Positions 18,729 to 29,004 of a stretch of DNA of 64,000 nucleotides are shown piece by piece. Numbering within the stretch: position 1 is the stretch's first letter; each line of letters starts with the position of its first letter. This DNA comes from Acidilobaceae archaeon (lineage in GTDB: Archaea > Thermoproteota > Thermoprotei_A > Sulfolobales > Acidilobaceae). The stretch spans positions 576,001 through 640,000 of the forward strand of contig JAWAWX010000001.1 in NCBI GenBank assembly GCA_038897215.1, read 5' to 3'. A program made the translations under genes and the position numbers. The notes under the pieces were generated by a model. That model saw only the letters and a list, made by a program, of their open reading frames with translations, ran no database searches and had not been told where the DNA came from.

Positions 18729-21535
18729 CTATAGTTCTCTCCTAGGAGCTTGCTTAAGCTTTTATGCCCTACTATCTCCTCCCAAGTGAGGCCTAGCGCT
18801 AAGAGCACCTGCTCTAAAGCTGTCTTAGCGTGCTCCAAGTACTTGCTCGTGTCTATATCGCTCAGCTTAGCTAACTGGACTGGCTTGACGCCCACAGAAT
18901 CTCTAGTCTTCACGTACGAGATCACGTCACCTCTAGAAACGCTTATGTTCTCGTAGAGCAGGAGCTTCGCTGCTTTCACGTGCTGAGGCGTTGTTTTCTT
19001 GTACTCGTCTAGATCTTTCGACAACATGACTCTTATAGCTAGCTCTTCTAGAGTATAGCCTTTGTTCTTCACCCTCCTATATATCTCTTTGACTTTCTCC
19101 GATATGGTGTCGATCGCTTTCAAGAGAGACTCGACGTTCTCTACGTTCCTCAGAATCTCCACGACTTCAGAGAACTCTCTCTTGATGAACTCTGGGGTAT
19201 TGCTCTTCTTGCCCACCATTCCTTTAATCACGACCTCTCTACTCTCCGTTATCCCAATGTAGTTCTTCTTCAGACCGCTGAAGAGAGCTACTTTGAACAG
19301 CTTATCGATCTCTAAGTCTAGCCCGTACTTCTCCTCGACGTAGGAGATCAGCTTCTTTAACGAGTCCTGATTAGGAGACCATAGGAAGAGGCTGTCTGTG
19401 TCTCCGTAGAGTATTATGAGTGATAGCTCTTCAGCTTTCTTGAGAGTATCTAGCATGACCGCTCTGCCTATAGCCGTGACGCTCTCAGCTAGGCTGAGGC
19501 TGAAGAACGGGAACTGCTCATTCCCGAATACTCCGTAGCTCGCGTTGATGAGAACTTTGAGAGCAGCCTGGACTACGTCGTACCACGCTCTCTGCTCTGG
19601 AGAGAGCTCCGGGTCTTTCGCTAGCTTCTTGAAAACGTGGACTCTCAGATCTCTCATTAAGCCTACTAGCTCGCTCGTCACTCCTCTGAAATCCACGCAG
19701 ACTCTATGCTCTACCTCTGGCACCTCCCTGTAGTCCTTGCAGTAGGGGTTGTTCACAGTCTCATAACTTAGATTCCAGTTCCTTATGATGGAGGGATATA
19801 GGCTGGCGAAGTCTAGAACCAAGACTTTGAAGAAGACTCCTCTTGGAGGCTCTAGCACGATAGCTCCTCTATACTTCTTCTCCTTGATCACCGCTCTACT
19901 TCGAGCCTCGCTAAAGCTAGCTATCTCGCTCTTATCCGGAATTAGCCATCCTCTTCTTCTATGCTCCCAGTTCATCAGACTCCTGATCCAAGTCGATACC
20001 TGATGTCTTGTTAGGTCTTCTACACCCAGCTTTGTGATACGTGCGAGTAGAATAACCAAGTTCCAGACTAGATTCGAGTCGTATGTAGTCAGCTTTAGAG
20101 TTAGCTCGGCATCTCGAAGGTTGTAGGAGGCTAGCTTGTCTAGAGGAACTCTGGAGACCACGTCGCCTAGCTTCATCTTGGCTTCTCCTAGGAGAGCCTC
20201 TGCTATAGCGTCTAGAGTCTGCTCTCTGTACTTGTTGCCGAAGGCGTATGCTTTGAGAGCCTTTATGCTGAATAGCTTGTGGAGGTCTATGTGTATAGAG
20301 TGTCTAAACGTGACTCTATCCTCGTGGAACTCCAACGGTATAGAGTTCGGGTTCACTCCAAGCAACACAAGCCTGTTGTAGAGATATACTAGGTCGAAGT
20401 TATCTCCATTGAATGTAAGCACTACCGGATATCTCTCTAGCTCCTCAAAGACAGCTAGGATCAAGGCTTTCTCGCTATCATACACCTCTACTACAACATC
20501 TTCAGGGAGTTCGTTCTCAAAAACCGAGCCCTCTCTAAGTAAGAGGAATACCTTCCGTCTACCCTTAGAGTCAACGAGAGCAACACTGATTACGGGATAG
20601 AGAGCGTTATTAGGGTCGGGGACTCTTCCCTCGGCTGGAGTGTAGACCTCAACGTCTAGAGACACTCTGAGAGCGTCAGGAGGCTCCTCTAGAAACATTG
20701 AAACCCAGTCTTCGACTAAGCGCGGGTCGACCTCGGTTTTTATAGAGCTAGCTAGCTTCATGGCTTTCTCCGAGGCTAGAGCTCTCGAAGCTATACCCGT
20801 TGAACTCTTGACTCTAGCAATAGACTTCTCGGCAACGTGTCTCGCACCGGGTACTATGAGGTTATCGAAAATGTAGTTGTTATGATATCTTATATCGGCT
20901 TCCCATACTTGAAACCCCTTGCTCCTCACTTTCTCTCTAAGTTTTCTCACAGCTAGAGGGTCTCTCGTAATCACCTTAGTCAGCTTCAGCGTCTCTCTTC
21001 TTATCGGGTGGAATTTGGAGACTAAGTCGAACTGCATTACCGAAGAATCTGTCTCCGAGTCTACGCCTATAGAGGCTAAGTCTTCCGGAGAGGCGTTGGT
21101 GAGAAAGTACGGCCTGTGGTCTGTTCTATCTACCCAGCGTGCTAGCTCGCCTGAGTCTGTTAGGATGAAGACTACGGCCTTCCCCAATCTTCCATCATAT
21201 CTAACGTCGAGAACATAGCCTGAAGCTTCTCTCACTAGGTTATAGGACTCCTTTAGAATACCCTTATCGAAGACTCCTTCTCGAGCCTCCCCGCTTTCCT
21301 CGCGCTTCTCAAAGCTATTCACGCTCCTAATCTCCTCTTTGAGAGATGATAGAAGACTAGCTAAACCATAGGAGTCTAAGTCCTCTCCTCTCTTCTCCCC
21401 TCCTATCCTTTCGGCAACAGAGTCTACACGAGACTCTCGCGGGCTCTCTTCAACACCCTCCTCCCAGCGGATATAGTCGTCTAGAGTACCTCTCCCCCTT
21501 CTAGACAAGCCGCTCTCACGTCTTCTGCTAGACAA
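18722..21535 (-). CDS. polB1: Family B DNA polymerase PolB1
   Basis: Exo DVE, FNGDNFD, DFASLYPS, KVLINASYG, YGDTDS, KKNY; N-terminal extension typical of PolB1. Confidence 0.96.
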   Translation of the reverse strand: MSSRRRESGLSRRGRGTLDDYIRWEEGVEESPRESRVDSVAERIGGEKRGEDLDSYGLASLLSSLKEEIRSVNSFEKREESGEAREGVFDKGILKESYNLVREASGYVLDVRYDGRLGKAVVFILTDSGELARWVDRTDHRPYFLTNASPEDLASIGVDSETDSSVMQFDLVSKFHPIRRETLKLTKVITRDPLAVRKLREKVRSKGFQVWEADIRYHNNYIFDNLIVPGARHVAEKSIARVKSSTGIASRALASEKAMKLASSIKTEVDPRLVEDWVSMFLEEPPDALRVSLDVEVYTPAEGRVPDPNNALYPVISVALVDSKGRRKVFLLLREGSVFENELPEDVVVEVYDSEKALILAVFEELERYPVVLTFNGDNFDLVYLYNRLVLLGVNPNSIPLEFHEDRVTFRHSIHIDLHKLFSIKALKAYAFGNKYREQTLDAIAEALLGEAKMKLGDVVSRVPLDKLASYNLRDAELTLKLTTYDSNLVWNLVILLARITKLGVEDLTRHQVSTWIRSLMNWEHRRRGWLIPDKSEIASFSEARSRAVIKEKKYRGAIVLEPPRGVFFKVLVLDFASLYPSIIRNWNLSYETVNNPYCKDYREVPEVEHRVCVDFRGVTSELVGLMRDLRVHVFKKLAKDPELSPEQRAWYDVVQAALKVLINASYGVFGNEQFPFFSLSLAESVTAIGRAVMLDTLKKAEELSLIILYGDTDSLFLWSPNQDSLKKLISYVEEKYGLDLEIDKLFKVALFSGLKKNYIGITESREVVIKGMVGKKSNTPEFIKREFSEVVEILRNVENVESLLKAIDTISEKVKEIYRRVKNKGYTLEELAIRVMLSKDLDEYKKTTPQHVKAAKLLLYENISVSRGDVISYVKTRDSVGVKPVQLAKLSDIDTSKYLEHAKTALEQVLLALGLTWEEIVGHKSLSKLLGENYSG

Positions 21536-21745
21536 GCTAGCCCCGAGGAGGAGGCTAAGGAAAGTAGCCTAAAAGGTTGACAGGAACTCGCAAGCTATCC
21601 TCTAGAATAGCTGACTCGAGCCTGGTACGCGATAAGGTAGAGTCAATCATCCCTTGTCTCTCGAATACTCGGCTCTAAACATGTAGCGAGTAGAGTAGAG
21701 AGGGAAAAAGTCTCGCCTATCTAATAGTCCTAGGGGCGAACGGCT

Positions 21746-21916
21746 TTGGCTCTGGATAAGAGAAGAGTTCTCAAAGGGCTAGATGAGAGTTTGCTAGCAA
21801 CGCTTGAAGAGGAGGTGCTTGAGTACGAGGAAGAGGTGTATATACTCGTTGCTAGCATCGCTAGAAGGCTGTCAAGAAGGATAAAGAAATGTTTGAGGGG
21901 AAGGGGGAGGAGTTAG
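21746..21916 (+). CDS. Possible 56-aa small protein
   Basis: TTG ORF MALDKRRVLKGLDESLLATLEEEVLEYEEEVYILVASIARRLSRRIKKCLRGRGRS, purine-rich and coding-like, GGGG RBS-like upstream. Confidence 0.3.
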   Translation: MALDKRRVLKGLDESLLATLEEEVLEYEEEVYILVASIARRLSRRIKKCLRGRGRS

Positions 21917-21928
21917 GTTCGCTATCTT

Positions 21929-24900
21929 CTACGATTCTATGATTATGTAGTAGGGTATGTGACTGTACATGAAGACCACGTTAGGCGTACCCGCTGAGAT
22001 GTGTCCTACGGTCGTTACCGTGAATGGAGCCGGTAGCGTGAAGAGCACCGGGACTATGTACGTTCCCGGAGGTGCTTGACCGCTCACGGTAGTCAGGACG
22101 ACTGCTATAGCCGTGCCTCCAGAGACCCTATAGTCGACTACCGTGGAGTGCACGTAGTAGCCGGAGTCGTAGAAGAGTGTGGCTGAGCCCGTGGGCTTGA
22201 CTATAGCCTCGCCGGACCACGTGGCGCTCACGGGCAGCAGAGCGGGGACTCCTCTCACCTCTATGACGGTCTGGAAGACGTTCTGAGCTACCGGGACCGT
22301 TCTAGCTCTCGCTGTGAGCAGCGAGAGCGTTAGAGTTATGCGCTCCTCGTAGGCCCGCCCTGAGAACTGGATGTTTCTAACCACTACTCTGTACGTCTCT
22401 CCGCTGGCAACAGGGCTCATCACGGCCGAGTAGCCGGGCCCTACGCTGTCCCAGAAGGCTCTCGGGTTCGGGGTCGCTCTCAGCGAGGGGTCTATCGTTA
22501 GCTCCGCTGCTAGCTGCGCGCCGTTGACTGTTATGGGGATTACCTCTAGGGTCTCGTCGTCGACCATGTAGTAGGTGTAGGGGCCGTAGACGTGGATGTC
22601 CACGTTGCTAGCGAAAGCAGCGCTCCCTAGGACAGGCCACCGGGCTCCCGCTAGCAGAGCCCAGGCGTTAGCCACGCCTCTGTCGATCTTCACCTTGAAG
22701 ACTCTCCAGTCTCCCGACTCGTATCTCCAAGTGTAGTCGAAGGCTCCTCTGAGAGCGTAGTTCTTGTACAGCGTCGTCTCGGGGGCCGAGGTGATCTCGA
22801 TGACTCTGCCCGGCTCTCTAACCACTATCGGCGTGAAGAACGATACCGGAACCAGGGCTCTGAAGCCCTGCCTGGGGTCTTCGAATAGCAGATAGCCGCT
22901 GTAGAAGCCGGGGGTTTCGGGGCCTCTGGCGATGACCGCTACCGACGCTCTAGCCGCTACCGCTATCCTAGCGGGAGCCACCCTCACGTCATCCCATCTC
23001 TCGTAGGCGTAGCCAACGACTCTCGCCTTTATCGGTAGGTCTCCTCTGTATGTTGCTCCGGAGACTCCTATCCTCACGACTAGATACTTGGGGAGGTTGC
23101 TGACATCGACACCCATGTATCTAAACGCTAGCTCCTCGATCTCTCTGAGCTGTCCTTCGAGGTCTCCGATCTGTATCCTCAGGACGTTGGCTCCCCTGAT
23201 ATCGTACATTATTCTAGCCGTCTCGAGCCAGGAGAATCTACCGTCCGCGCCCACGTCTATCCAGTACGCTAGCTCGACTATAGATGTGGTTATCAGCTGG
23301 CTGAAGCTCCCGGTTCTACCGCCTCTCTCGAAGAACTCGTATGGGTAGATTAGCTGTATCTCGAAGTAGTCGAATCCCCTTAGCTTCTCCAGGTCTATTA
23401 TCAGGTGTCCTATAGCTGTAGCCGCTGCCACTCTTAGAGTTAGGTCTTCTTTAGCGCACCTAGTTATTATGGCTGGGTTGAGGTTGAATAGTACTATGTC
23501 GCAGAGACCGAAAGACCCTCTCTCGGCCATCCTGACTGGAGTTATGGTAAACGAGCCTCTGCCCTCTATGGTGAGTGTTCTGACAGCGAGCCTCCTTGGC
23601 TCTACCTCTGGTATGAATATCTTCGGCTCGAACCAGACAGCGTTGGGGCTAACGCTACCCCCATACGTGAAGGCGTGTGCGGATACTCCAAGCTCTCTCA
23701 TCACGTCTGCCAGGATGCTCGTCGAGTAGACTCTCGGGTACCTCGGGTCTAGAGCCGCTTTAACTGCGCCGTAGGCATTCACGAAGCCCGCTCCCTGAGA
23801 GAGTTCATCGAAGCCCATGTCTCTAGCTGTGTTCATTAGCAGAGTCTTGAGCATATAGGCCGGCATACGCTCTCCAGTAGCCGATCTGTAGGCGGATATC
23901 ACTAGAGCACCCGCGCCAGCTGCCATAGGCGTAGCCTGGCTCGTTCCGCTGAAGAGATCGTGAACTCTAGTGCCATCGAGCGTTCTCGCGCGCAGAGCTT
24001 CCCACGTTCTCCCCACAGCCCAGGCGAAGGAGCCGACCGCGACGATATCGGGCTTCACTATGCCTAGCTCCGTGGGGCCTCTATTGCTCCATGTGATGAC
24101 CTGCCTGCTGGAGCCAGGCCACGCGTATCCGAAGATGGGCCTGTAGGTGAATTCCGTCGCAGCGCCAACCCCAATCGATAGAGCTGAGGCGCCGGGAGAG
24201 GCTATAGTGCCCCATCCGGGCCCTCCGTTGCCTACTGCTATGAAGTGAGCCACGCTCGAGACTAGAGTGGTATAGTCGAAGACTACGCTAGCCGGGTCCA
24301 TGCCGGAGGCCCAGCCCCATATGGCCCAGGCGCTTATCCCATAGGAGTTGCTGGTAACGTCTACTAGAGGCTTGCCGGTATAGCTCCATCTCCAGGTATA
24401 TCCCTCAAACGCTATCCATGGGTTAGTGGAGAGAATAGGCCACAGGTACCTGGAGCCGATGCCGTAGGGTGTCTCTATGTCGAAGCCCGTGAAGAAGTAT
24501 ATGGAGGCGAGCACTGTGCCCATGTAGAGCGCTGGCGCTGCCGCTATCTTAGCGGCTGGAGCCTGGCCGGCTATGCTCCTCACTCCGTAGCCTGTCTCAG
24601 CGTAGTAGTCTCTGCCGGCTGCTGTCGTAGCGCAGAAAGTGCCGTGGCTGTGGTAGTCGTAGGCTATCACTACGTAGTCTCCGCGCGCATCGAGCCCGGG
24701 CCATATCAGAGCTACCGGCTCGTAAAACCATATCTCCCAAGGGCCGAGGATCCTGACTCCGTGGCCGAATGGTAGAGTGGGAACTATCTCTCTCAACACT
24801 CCCGCTTTCTCTAATATTATGGCGAAAGCCGTGTCGTAGACAAAGCCTGCTAGAGTTCCAACCGAGTAGTCTGTCACGCTGTCTCCGTTCAGGTCTCTAG

Positions 24901-26116
24901 CTATAACCTCGTTGCCATACGCGATCCTGACCTCGTCAGCGAAGGAGAAGTCGGGCTCGCTGGGAGCGCCCGGGATGCTAACACCACACCTTCCTAGAGC
25001 TATGCTGAGCAGGTATAGACCCGTAGTGGTGTCTACGTAGAGGGAGTCGAATAAGCCGTCTCCATCGCTGTCTACCACTAGAACCGGGATTGAGTACATC
25101 AGTGTGGACGAAGTCCCGCCCACGATAGCTGATATGAGCTGGAAGAAGAGTCCGAATCTACCAGCGGCTATGGGTATGCCGTCTACACTCCAAGCTGTGG
25201 GAGCGGGCACGAAGGCGTCTAGCGAGGCGCACCCTCTTAGACCCACGTAGAGATAGGGTGCAGTCCAGCTAACGATGTAGTAGGGGGGCATGAAGACGTA
25301 GAGCTGGCTGAAGTCGACTGTGACAACACCGCCGGACACTGTGACGGAGACGGGGGTCAGGACTAGGCCTAGGCTACTCGAGTCGAAGATCAGCGGTGTG
25401 CCGCGCTCGTCTCTAGCTATTGAGTCTAGGCCGAGTGCTGGAGAGCCGTAGTCTACTCCAGTGTCTATGATCGCTATCTTGACCTCCTCGCCTCTAACGC
25501 CTAGCTCCTCCCATACTCTCTGAGCCCCCGTGATTTCGACTGTGTAGTGGTAGGCTCCGCTCCCGCCAGCGTCGGGGCTCCCCTGCTGGATGGCATGCTG
25601 TAGCTCCGCGCTAAATGCTTCTAGACCCCTTATCTGCCTGTTTATCAGAGCGTCGAACCTGATATCGGGCATGATCGCTAAGACTCCCGGAGTCCTGGAG
25701 AGAGTCTCGAGGTCGCTCCTAGCTATAACAGCATAGACCAGATAGCCGACGTGCGTCGGGAAGACTCCTAGAAGCCCTCTAGTCTTCCCTCTCAGTGTCT
25801 CGATGGGAGCCTCTCTGCCTAGTAGTATCAGGACTCTTCCCAGAGGCTCCTCAGCGCCTCTAACTATCTTGAAGACCCCGTTATCGAAGAAAACGTCAGC
25901 GTTAACGCTAAGTAGCCCTTCGTCCTCAACATAGGCTCCATAGACCCAGTAGCTATCGTCTAAGAGAATGGGGCTAACAAACGCTCTGGTATAGCTTAGA
26001 CCAGTTAAGGAGATAGGTCTCCCTGTAATGCTAGGGTTCGAAGAAGCTAGAGACTCTATGGGGACTAGCGATAATATGATGACTGCTAACAGGAACACTA
26101 TAGAGAGGTGTCTCAA
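21929..26116 (-). CDS. Large secreted subtilisin-like (S8) serine protease
   Basis: Signal peptide; triad IIDTG, HGTFCA, GTSQATP; oxyanion GNGG. Confidence 0.93.
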   Translation of the reverse strand: MRHLSIVFLLAVIILSLVPIESLASSNPSITGRPISLTGLSYTRAFVSPILLDDSYWVYGAYVEDEGLLSVNADVFFDNGVFKIVRGAEEPLGRVLILLGREAPIETLRGKTRGLLGVFPTHVGYLVYAVIARSDLETLSRTPGVLAIMPDIRFDALINRQIRGLEAFSAELQHAIQQGSPDAGGSGAYHYTVEITGAQRVWEELGVRGEEVKIAIIDTGVDYGSPALGLDSIARDERGTPLIFDSSSLGLVLTPVSVTVSGGVVTVDFSQLYVFMPPYYIVSWTAPYLYVGLRGCASLDAFVPAPTAWSVDGIPIAAGRFGLFFQLISAIVGGTSSTLMYSIPVLVVDSDGDGLFDSLYVDTTTGLYLLSIALGRCGVSIPGAPSEPDFSFADEVRIAYGNEVIARDLNGDSVTDYSVGTLAGFVYDTAFAIILEKAGVLREIVPTLPFGHGVRILGPWEIWFYEPVALIWPGLDARGDYVVIAYDYHSHGTFCATTAAGRDYYAETGYGVRSIAGQAPAAKIAAAPALYMGTVLASIYFFTGFDIETPYGIGSRYLWPILSTNPWIAFEGYTWRWSYTGKPLVDVTSNSYGISAWAIWGWASGMDPASVVFDYTTLVSSVAHFIAVGNGGPGWGTIASPGASALSIGVGAATEFTYRPIFGYAWPGSSRQVITWSNRGPTELGIVKPDIVAVGSFAWAVGRTWEALRARTLDGTRVHDLFSGTSQATPMAAGAGALVISAYRSATGERMPAYMLKTLLMNTARDMGFDELSQGAGFVNAYGAVKAALDPRYPRVYSTSILADVMRELGVSAHAFTYGGSVSPNAVWFEPKIFIPEVEPRRLAVRTLTIEGRGSFTITPVRMAERGSFGLCDIVLFNLNPAIITRCAKEDLTLRVAAATAIGHLIIDLEKLRGFDYFEIQLIYPYEFFERGGRTGSFSQLITTSIVELAYWIDVGADGRFSWLETARIMYDIRGANVLRIQIGDLEGQLREIEELAFRYMGVDVSNLPKYLVVRIGVSGATYRGDLPIKARVVGYAYERWDDVRVAPARIAVAARASVAVIARGPETPGFYSGYLLFEDPRQGFRALVPVSFFTPIVVREPGRVIEITSAPETTLYKNYALRGAFDYTWRYESGDWRVFKVKIDRGVANAWALLAGARWPVLGSAAFASNVDIHVYGPYTYYMVDDETLEVIPITVNGAQLAAELTIDPSLRATPNPRAFWDSVGPGYSAVMSPVASGETYRVVVRNIQFSGRAYEERITLTLSLLTARARTVPVAQNVFQTVIEVRGVPALLPVSATWSGEAIVKPTGSATLFYDSGYYVHSTVVDYRVSGGTAIAVVLTTVSGQAPPGTYIVPVLFTLPAPFTVTTVGHISAGTPNVVFMYSHIPYYIIIES

Positions 26117-26363
26117 TCGTTACACCTCTATGCTCTGGCTAGAGAGTGCTCAGCCAGATGCTTTTAAACTTGTAGCAAGAATAGAGAGAAGACCCGCTAA
26201 ACACACCGCAAGCGATTCTCGAGGAGTCTATAGAGACCCGCTCTAGGATAAGAGAGCCGCGAGGTAAGCGATAGCTTGTCGCCACTAGTAGCGAAGTCCT
26301 CAAGCTTCGAGCGAGAACTCTCCCCGCTCTGCTTAAAAGCTCGCAATGCAACGAGATCAAGCA

Positions 26364-26430
26364 CGAGCCTCCGGCCGTGTGAGTCCCCCGCAGAGGGGTC
26401 CGTGAGCTCGGCCGGTCCCCCAGTCTTACA
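26364..26430 (+). ncRNA. Possible H/ACA-like guide RNA
   Basis: CCGGCCG/CGGCCGG stem enclosing tandem GA motifs and a CCCC/GGGG hairpin; ACA about 12 nt after the stem; lower stem weak. Confidence 0.3.
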
Positions 26431-26533
26431 CTATTGCTCTAAGTGTTCTCTAAAGTGCCACCATCTCGTGGAGAGCTATTCGAGAGCAGGTCTTGTGCTT
26501 TGCCTGAAATCATGCTATACCTCTTGGGTAAAC

Positions 26534-26540
26534 TTTAAAG
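26534..26540 (+). promoter_or_regulatory. TATA box of tRNA-iMet
   Basis: TTTAAAG preceded by purine-rich BRE (GGGTAAAC), about 42 nt upstream of the tRNA. Confidence 0.6.
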
Positions 26541-26581
26541 CCCCACCTTGCCTAGATCAGAGCAATCTGGCGGGGCGAAAC

Positions 26582-26658
26582 AGCGGGGTAGGGCAGCCTG
26601 GTAGCCCGCGGGGCTCATAACCCCGAGGTCGGTGGTTCAAATCCACCCCCCGCTACCA
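26582..26658 (+). tRNA. Initiator tRNA-Met (CAT), intronless, CCA encoded
   Basis: AGCGGGG/CCCCGCT acceptor (A1:U72), GGG/CCC in anticodon stem, CTCATAA loop, TTCAAAT T-loop. Confidence 0.97.
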
Positions 26659-26706
26659 CTTGTTTATAGGAAGATTGTTAAAGCCCAGTTATTCGCACTG
26701 TGCTGG

Positions 26707-27999
26707 ATGAGTGCTGTGGCTAAGGTTTTGTACGTGGTTCTCGACGGGGCTCCTGATGGTTTCGAGTCTCCTAAGAGAACTCTTGAGGAAGCATGGAAGC
26801 CGAATCTAGACTCTCTAGCTGAGAACTGTCTAGGAGGGCTTCTCTACGTCGTGGAGAAAGGTGTAGCTCCGGAGAGCGATGTAGCCGTCATGTCTCTCTT
26901 AGGCTATGACCCGAGAATCTACTATACTGGTAGGGGGCCTCTTGAAGCTCTTGGAGCTGGCTTAGAGCTAAGAGAGGGAGCTGTAGCGTTTAGAGCGAAC
27001 TTCGCCACAATAGACGTGAAGACTAGAGAGATAAGGGATAGAAGGGTTGGGAGGAGCCTGACGACGGCTGAAGCTAGGCTCTTAGCCGAGTCTCTTGACG
27101 GGATGAAGCTAGACGAAGGTAAGGCTATAGCTAGATTCAAGGCTACAGTTGGGCACAGAGGAGTCTTAGTCTTAGAGCATAACTACGTTAAGCTGAGCGG
27201 TAATGTCTCAAACAATGACCCAGCTTATGTGAGAACAGGAAAGATAAGCGTGGCCGTCAAGCCGACATCTATGAGCCTAGCTAGAGTAGAGCCTCTAGAC
27301 GACAGTCTCGAGGCGAGAACCACAGCAGAGCTAGCTAACGAATTCTTGGAGAGAGCTGTAGAGATTCTCGCGAGCCACCCCGTTAATCTTGAGAGGTCTT
27401 CTCGAGGACTGCCTCCAGCCAACGCTATACTCGTTAGAGACGCTGGAGACAGCCTGCCGAAAGCGCCCCCAGCCAGAGCCCTCTTTGGAGCCAGCATTGC
27501 CGGAGTAGCCGAGATGCCTGTAGAGATAGGGCTCTTCAGAGCTCTAGGAGTAGAGGTTCTCCAGCTCCCACAGAGCACGTCTAAGCAGGAGGTTCTTGAA
27601 GCAAGCGCTATAATAGCGGCTGAGGCTTTAGAGAAACATGACGTAGTCTACGTGCACCTCAAAGGACCCGACGAGCCTGGACACGATGGAGACTTTGAGG
27701 AGAAAGTGAGAGCAGTAGAGGACATAGACTCGATATTCTTCTCGAGAATACTTACCAGCATCAGCAGAGAGGACACACTGATAGTCGTGACTTCAGACCA
27801 CGCGACACCATGGGATAAGAGAGCACACAGTGACGATCCCGTGCCCTTGATGATCTCTCATCCTAGCCTTCCGGAAAGGAGAGGAGGCTTTTCAGAGCAC
27901 CATATGCGAGAAGGAAGGCTAGGAGTAATAGAGGGGGGATTTAACGTGCTCCCTCTAGCTCTCAAGCTAGCGAGAGAGCTGAGAAGCAAGCAGAGATAG
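26707..27999 (+). CDS. apgM: 2,3-BPG-independent phosphoglycerate mutase (archaeal)
   Basis: LDG..D, PESD, YTGRGPLEA, HLKGPDEPGHDG, TSDHATP, HSDDPVP; ORF-track start 26632 lies inside the tRNA. Confidence 0.93.
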   Translation: MSAVAKVLYVVLDGAPDGFESPKRTLEEAWKPNLDSLAENCLGGLLYVVEKGVAPESDVAVMSLLGYDPRIYYTGRGPLEALGAGLELREGAVAFRANFATIDVKTREIRDRRVGRSLTTAEARLLAESLDGMKLDEGKAIARFKATVGHRGVLVLEHNYVKLSGNVSNNDPAYVRTGKISVAVKPTSMSLARVEPLDDSLEARTTAELANEFLERAVEILASHPVNLERSSRGLPPANAILVRDAGDSLPKAPPARALFGASIAGVAEMPVEIGLFRALGVEVLQLPQSTSKQEVLEASAIIAAEALEKHDVVYVHLKGPDEPGHDGDFEEKVRAVEDIDSIFFSRILTSISREDTLIVVTSDHATPWDKRAHSDDPVPLMISHPSLPERRGGFSEHHMREGRLGVIEGGFNVLPLALKLARELRSKQR

Positions 28000-28002
28000 A
28001 AG

Positions 28003-28245
28003 CTACCTCTTCCCTGTAAGCTTTCTCGCCTCGCGCTCAGTCTCCCTCAGGATCAGTATGTCTCCTATTCTGACCGCTCCCATAACGTTCCTAGTAAGTA
28101 TCCTGCCCTTATCTTTACCCTCGAGAATCCTTACCGTAACCTGAGTGACCTCTCCTGTGACCCCAGTTCTCCCAATTATCTGTATTACCTCAGCAGGGTA
28201 GCCTAACTCCTCGACAGTGCCCCCGCTAGAGCTCACTGCAGGCAC
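28003..28245 (-). CDS. rps28e: 30S ribosomal protein S28e
   Basis: [34 protein letters not shown]. Confidence 0.97.
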   Translation of the reverse strand: MPAVSSSGGTVEELGYPAEVIQIIGRTGVTGEVTQVTVRILEGKDKGRILTRNVMGAVRIGDILILRETEREARKLTGKR

Positions 28246-28362
28246 ACCTATCTGATGCTTTCACGGATAACTCCCCTATTTAAGCTTAACCCCCTCTACC
28301 TTAGACGTCATCAAGACAAAATTTAATAGTGCTCTAGCGGGAGGGGAGAGGGGGGTAAGGTC

Positions 28363-28542
28363 ATGCCTAGAGAGAAGGTCTGTAGCTTTTGCGGGAAGCC
28401 TGTAGAGCCGGGTACAGGCATGATGTTTGTGACTACGAAGGGAGAGATCTTATGGTTTTGTAGTAGTAAGTGTAGAAAGAGCTTTATGATGGGGAGAAGA
28501 GCTTCTAAGCTAGCCTGGGTTGTGAAAGCGCGAAAAGTCTAG
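28363..28542 (+). CDS. rpl24e: 50S ribosomal protein L24e (59 aa, below ORF cutoff)
   Basis: [24 protein letters not shown]...WFCSSKC..KLAW. Confidence 0.96.
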   Translation: MPREKVCSFCGKPVEPGTGMMFVTTKGEILWFCSSKCRKSFMMGRRASKLAWVVKARKV

Positions 28543-28566
28543 CTCTTACCAGAGGATCTTCTCGGG

Positions 28567-29004
28567 GTGAGCAGCATGGGTGTTGAGAGAACACTTATAC
28601 TAATCAAGCCTGATGCTGTTCGAAGAGGCTTAATCGGAGAGATCCTAGCTAGGTTCGAGAAGAAGGGGTTTAGGATAGTAGCGCTAAAGATGCTCAGGAT
28701 GACTCGAGAGCAAGCAGAAGAGTTCTACAAGGTTCACAGATACAAGCCTTTCTTCGAGGAGCTAGTCAACTTCATAACGAGCGGTCCCGTGGTGGCAGCT
28801 GTTCTGGAGGGAGAGTCCGCTATATCAGTAGTCAGGCTGATGATCGGGTCTACGGACGCCAGGAAAGCAGAGCCCGGCACTATTAGGGGCGACTATGGAC
28901 TGTCCATCTTAGAAAACCTGATACACGCTTCAGACTCTCCAGAGATGTTTGCTCACGAGTCTAGCATAGTATTCTCTGATGAGGAGCTCAGACACCTTTC
29001 TTGA
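28567..29004 (+). CDS. ndk: Nucleoside diphosphate kinase
   Basis: [25 protein letters not shown]. Confidence 0.97.
   Translation: MSSMGVERTLILIKPDAVRRGLIGEILARFEKKGFRIVALKMLRMTREQAEEFYKVHRYKPFFEELVNFITSGPVVAAVLEGESAISVVRLMIGSTDARKAEPGTIRGDYGLSILENLIHASDSPEMFAHESSIVFSDEELRHLS

Noticed and set aside
26028-26620. ORFs 26028-26246, 26139-26360 and 26276-26620
   Set aside because: Non-protein-like composition; they overlap promoters, the protease start or the tRNA
26632-26706. N-terminal extension of apgM in the ORF track
   Set aside because: Overlaps tRNA-iMet; homology begins after ATG 26707
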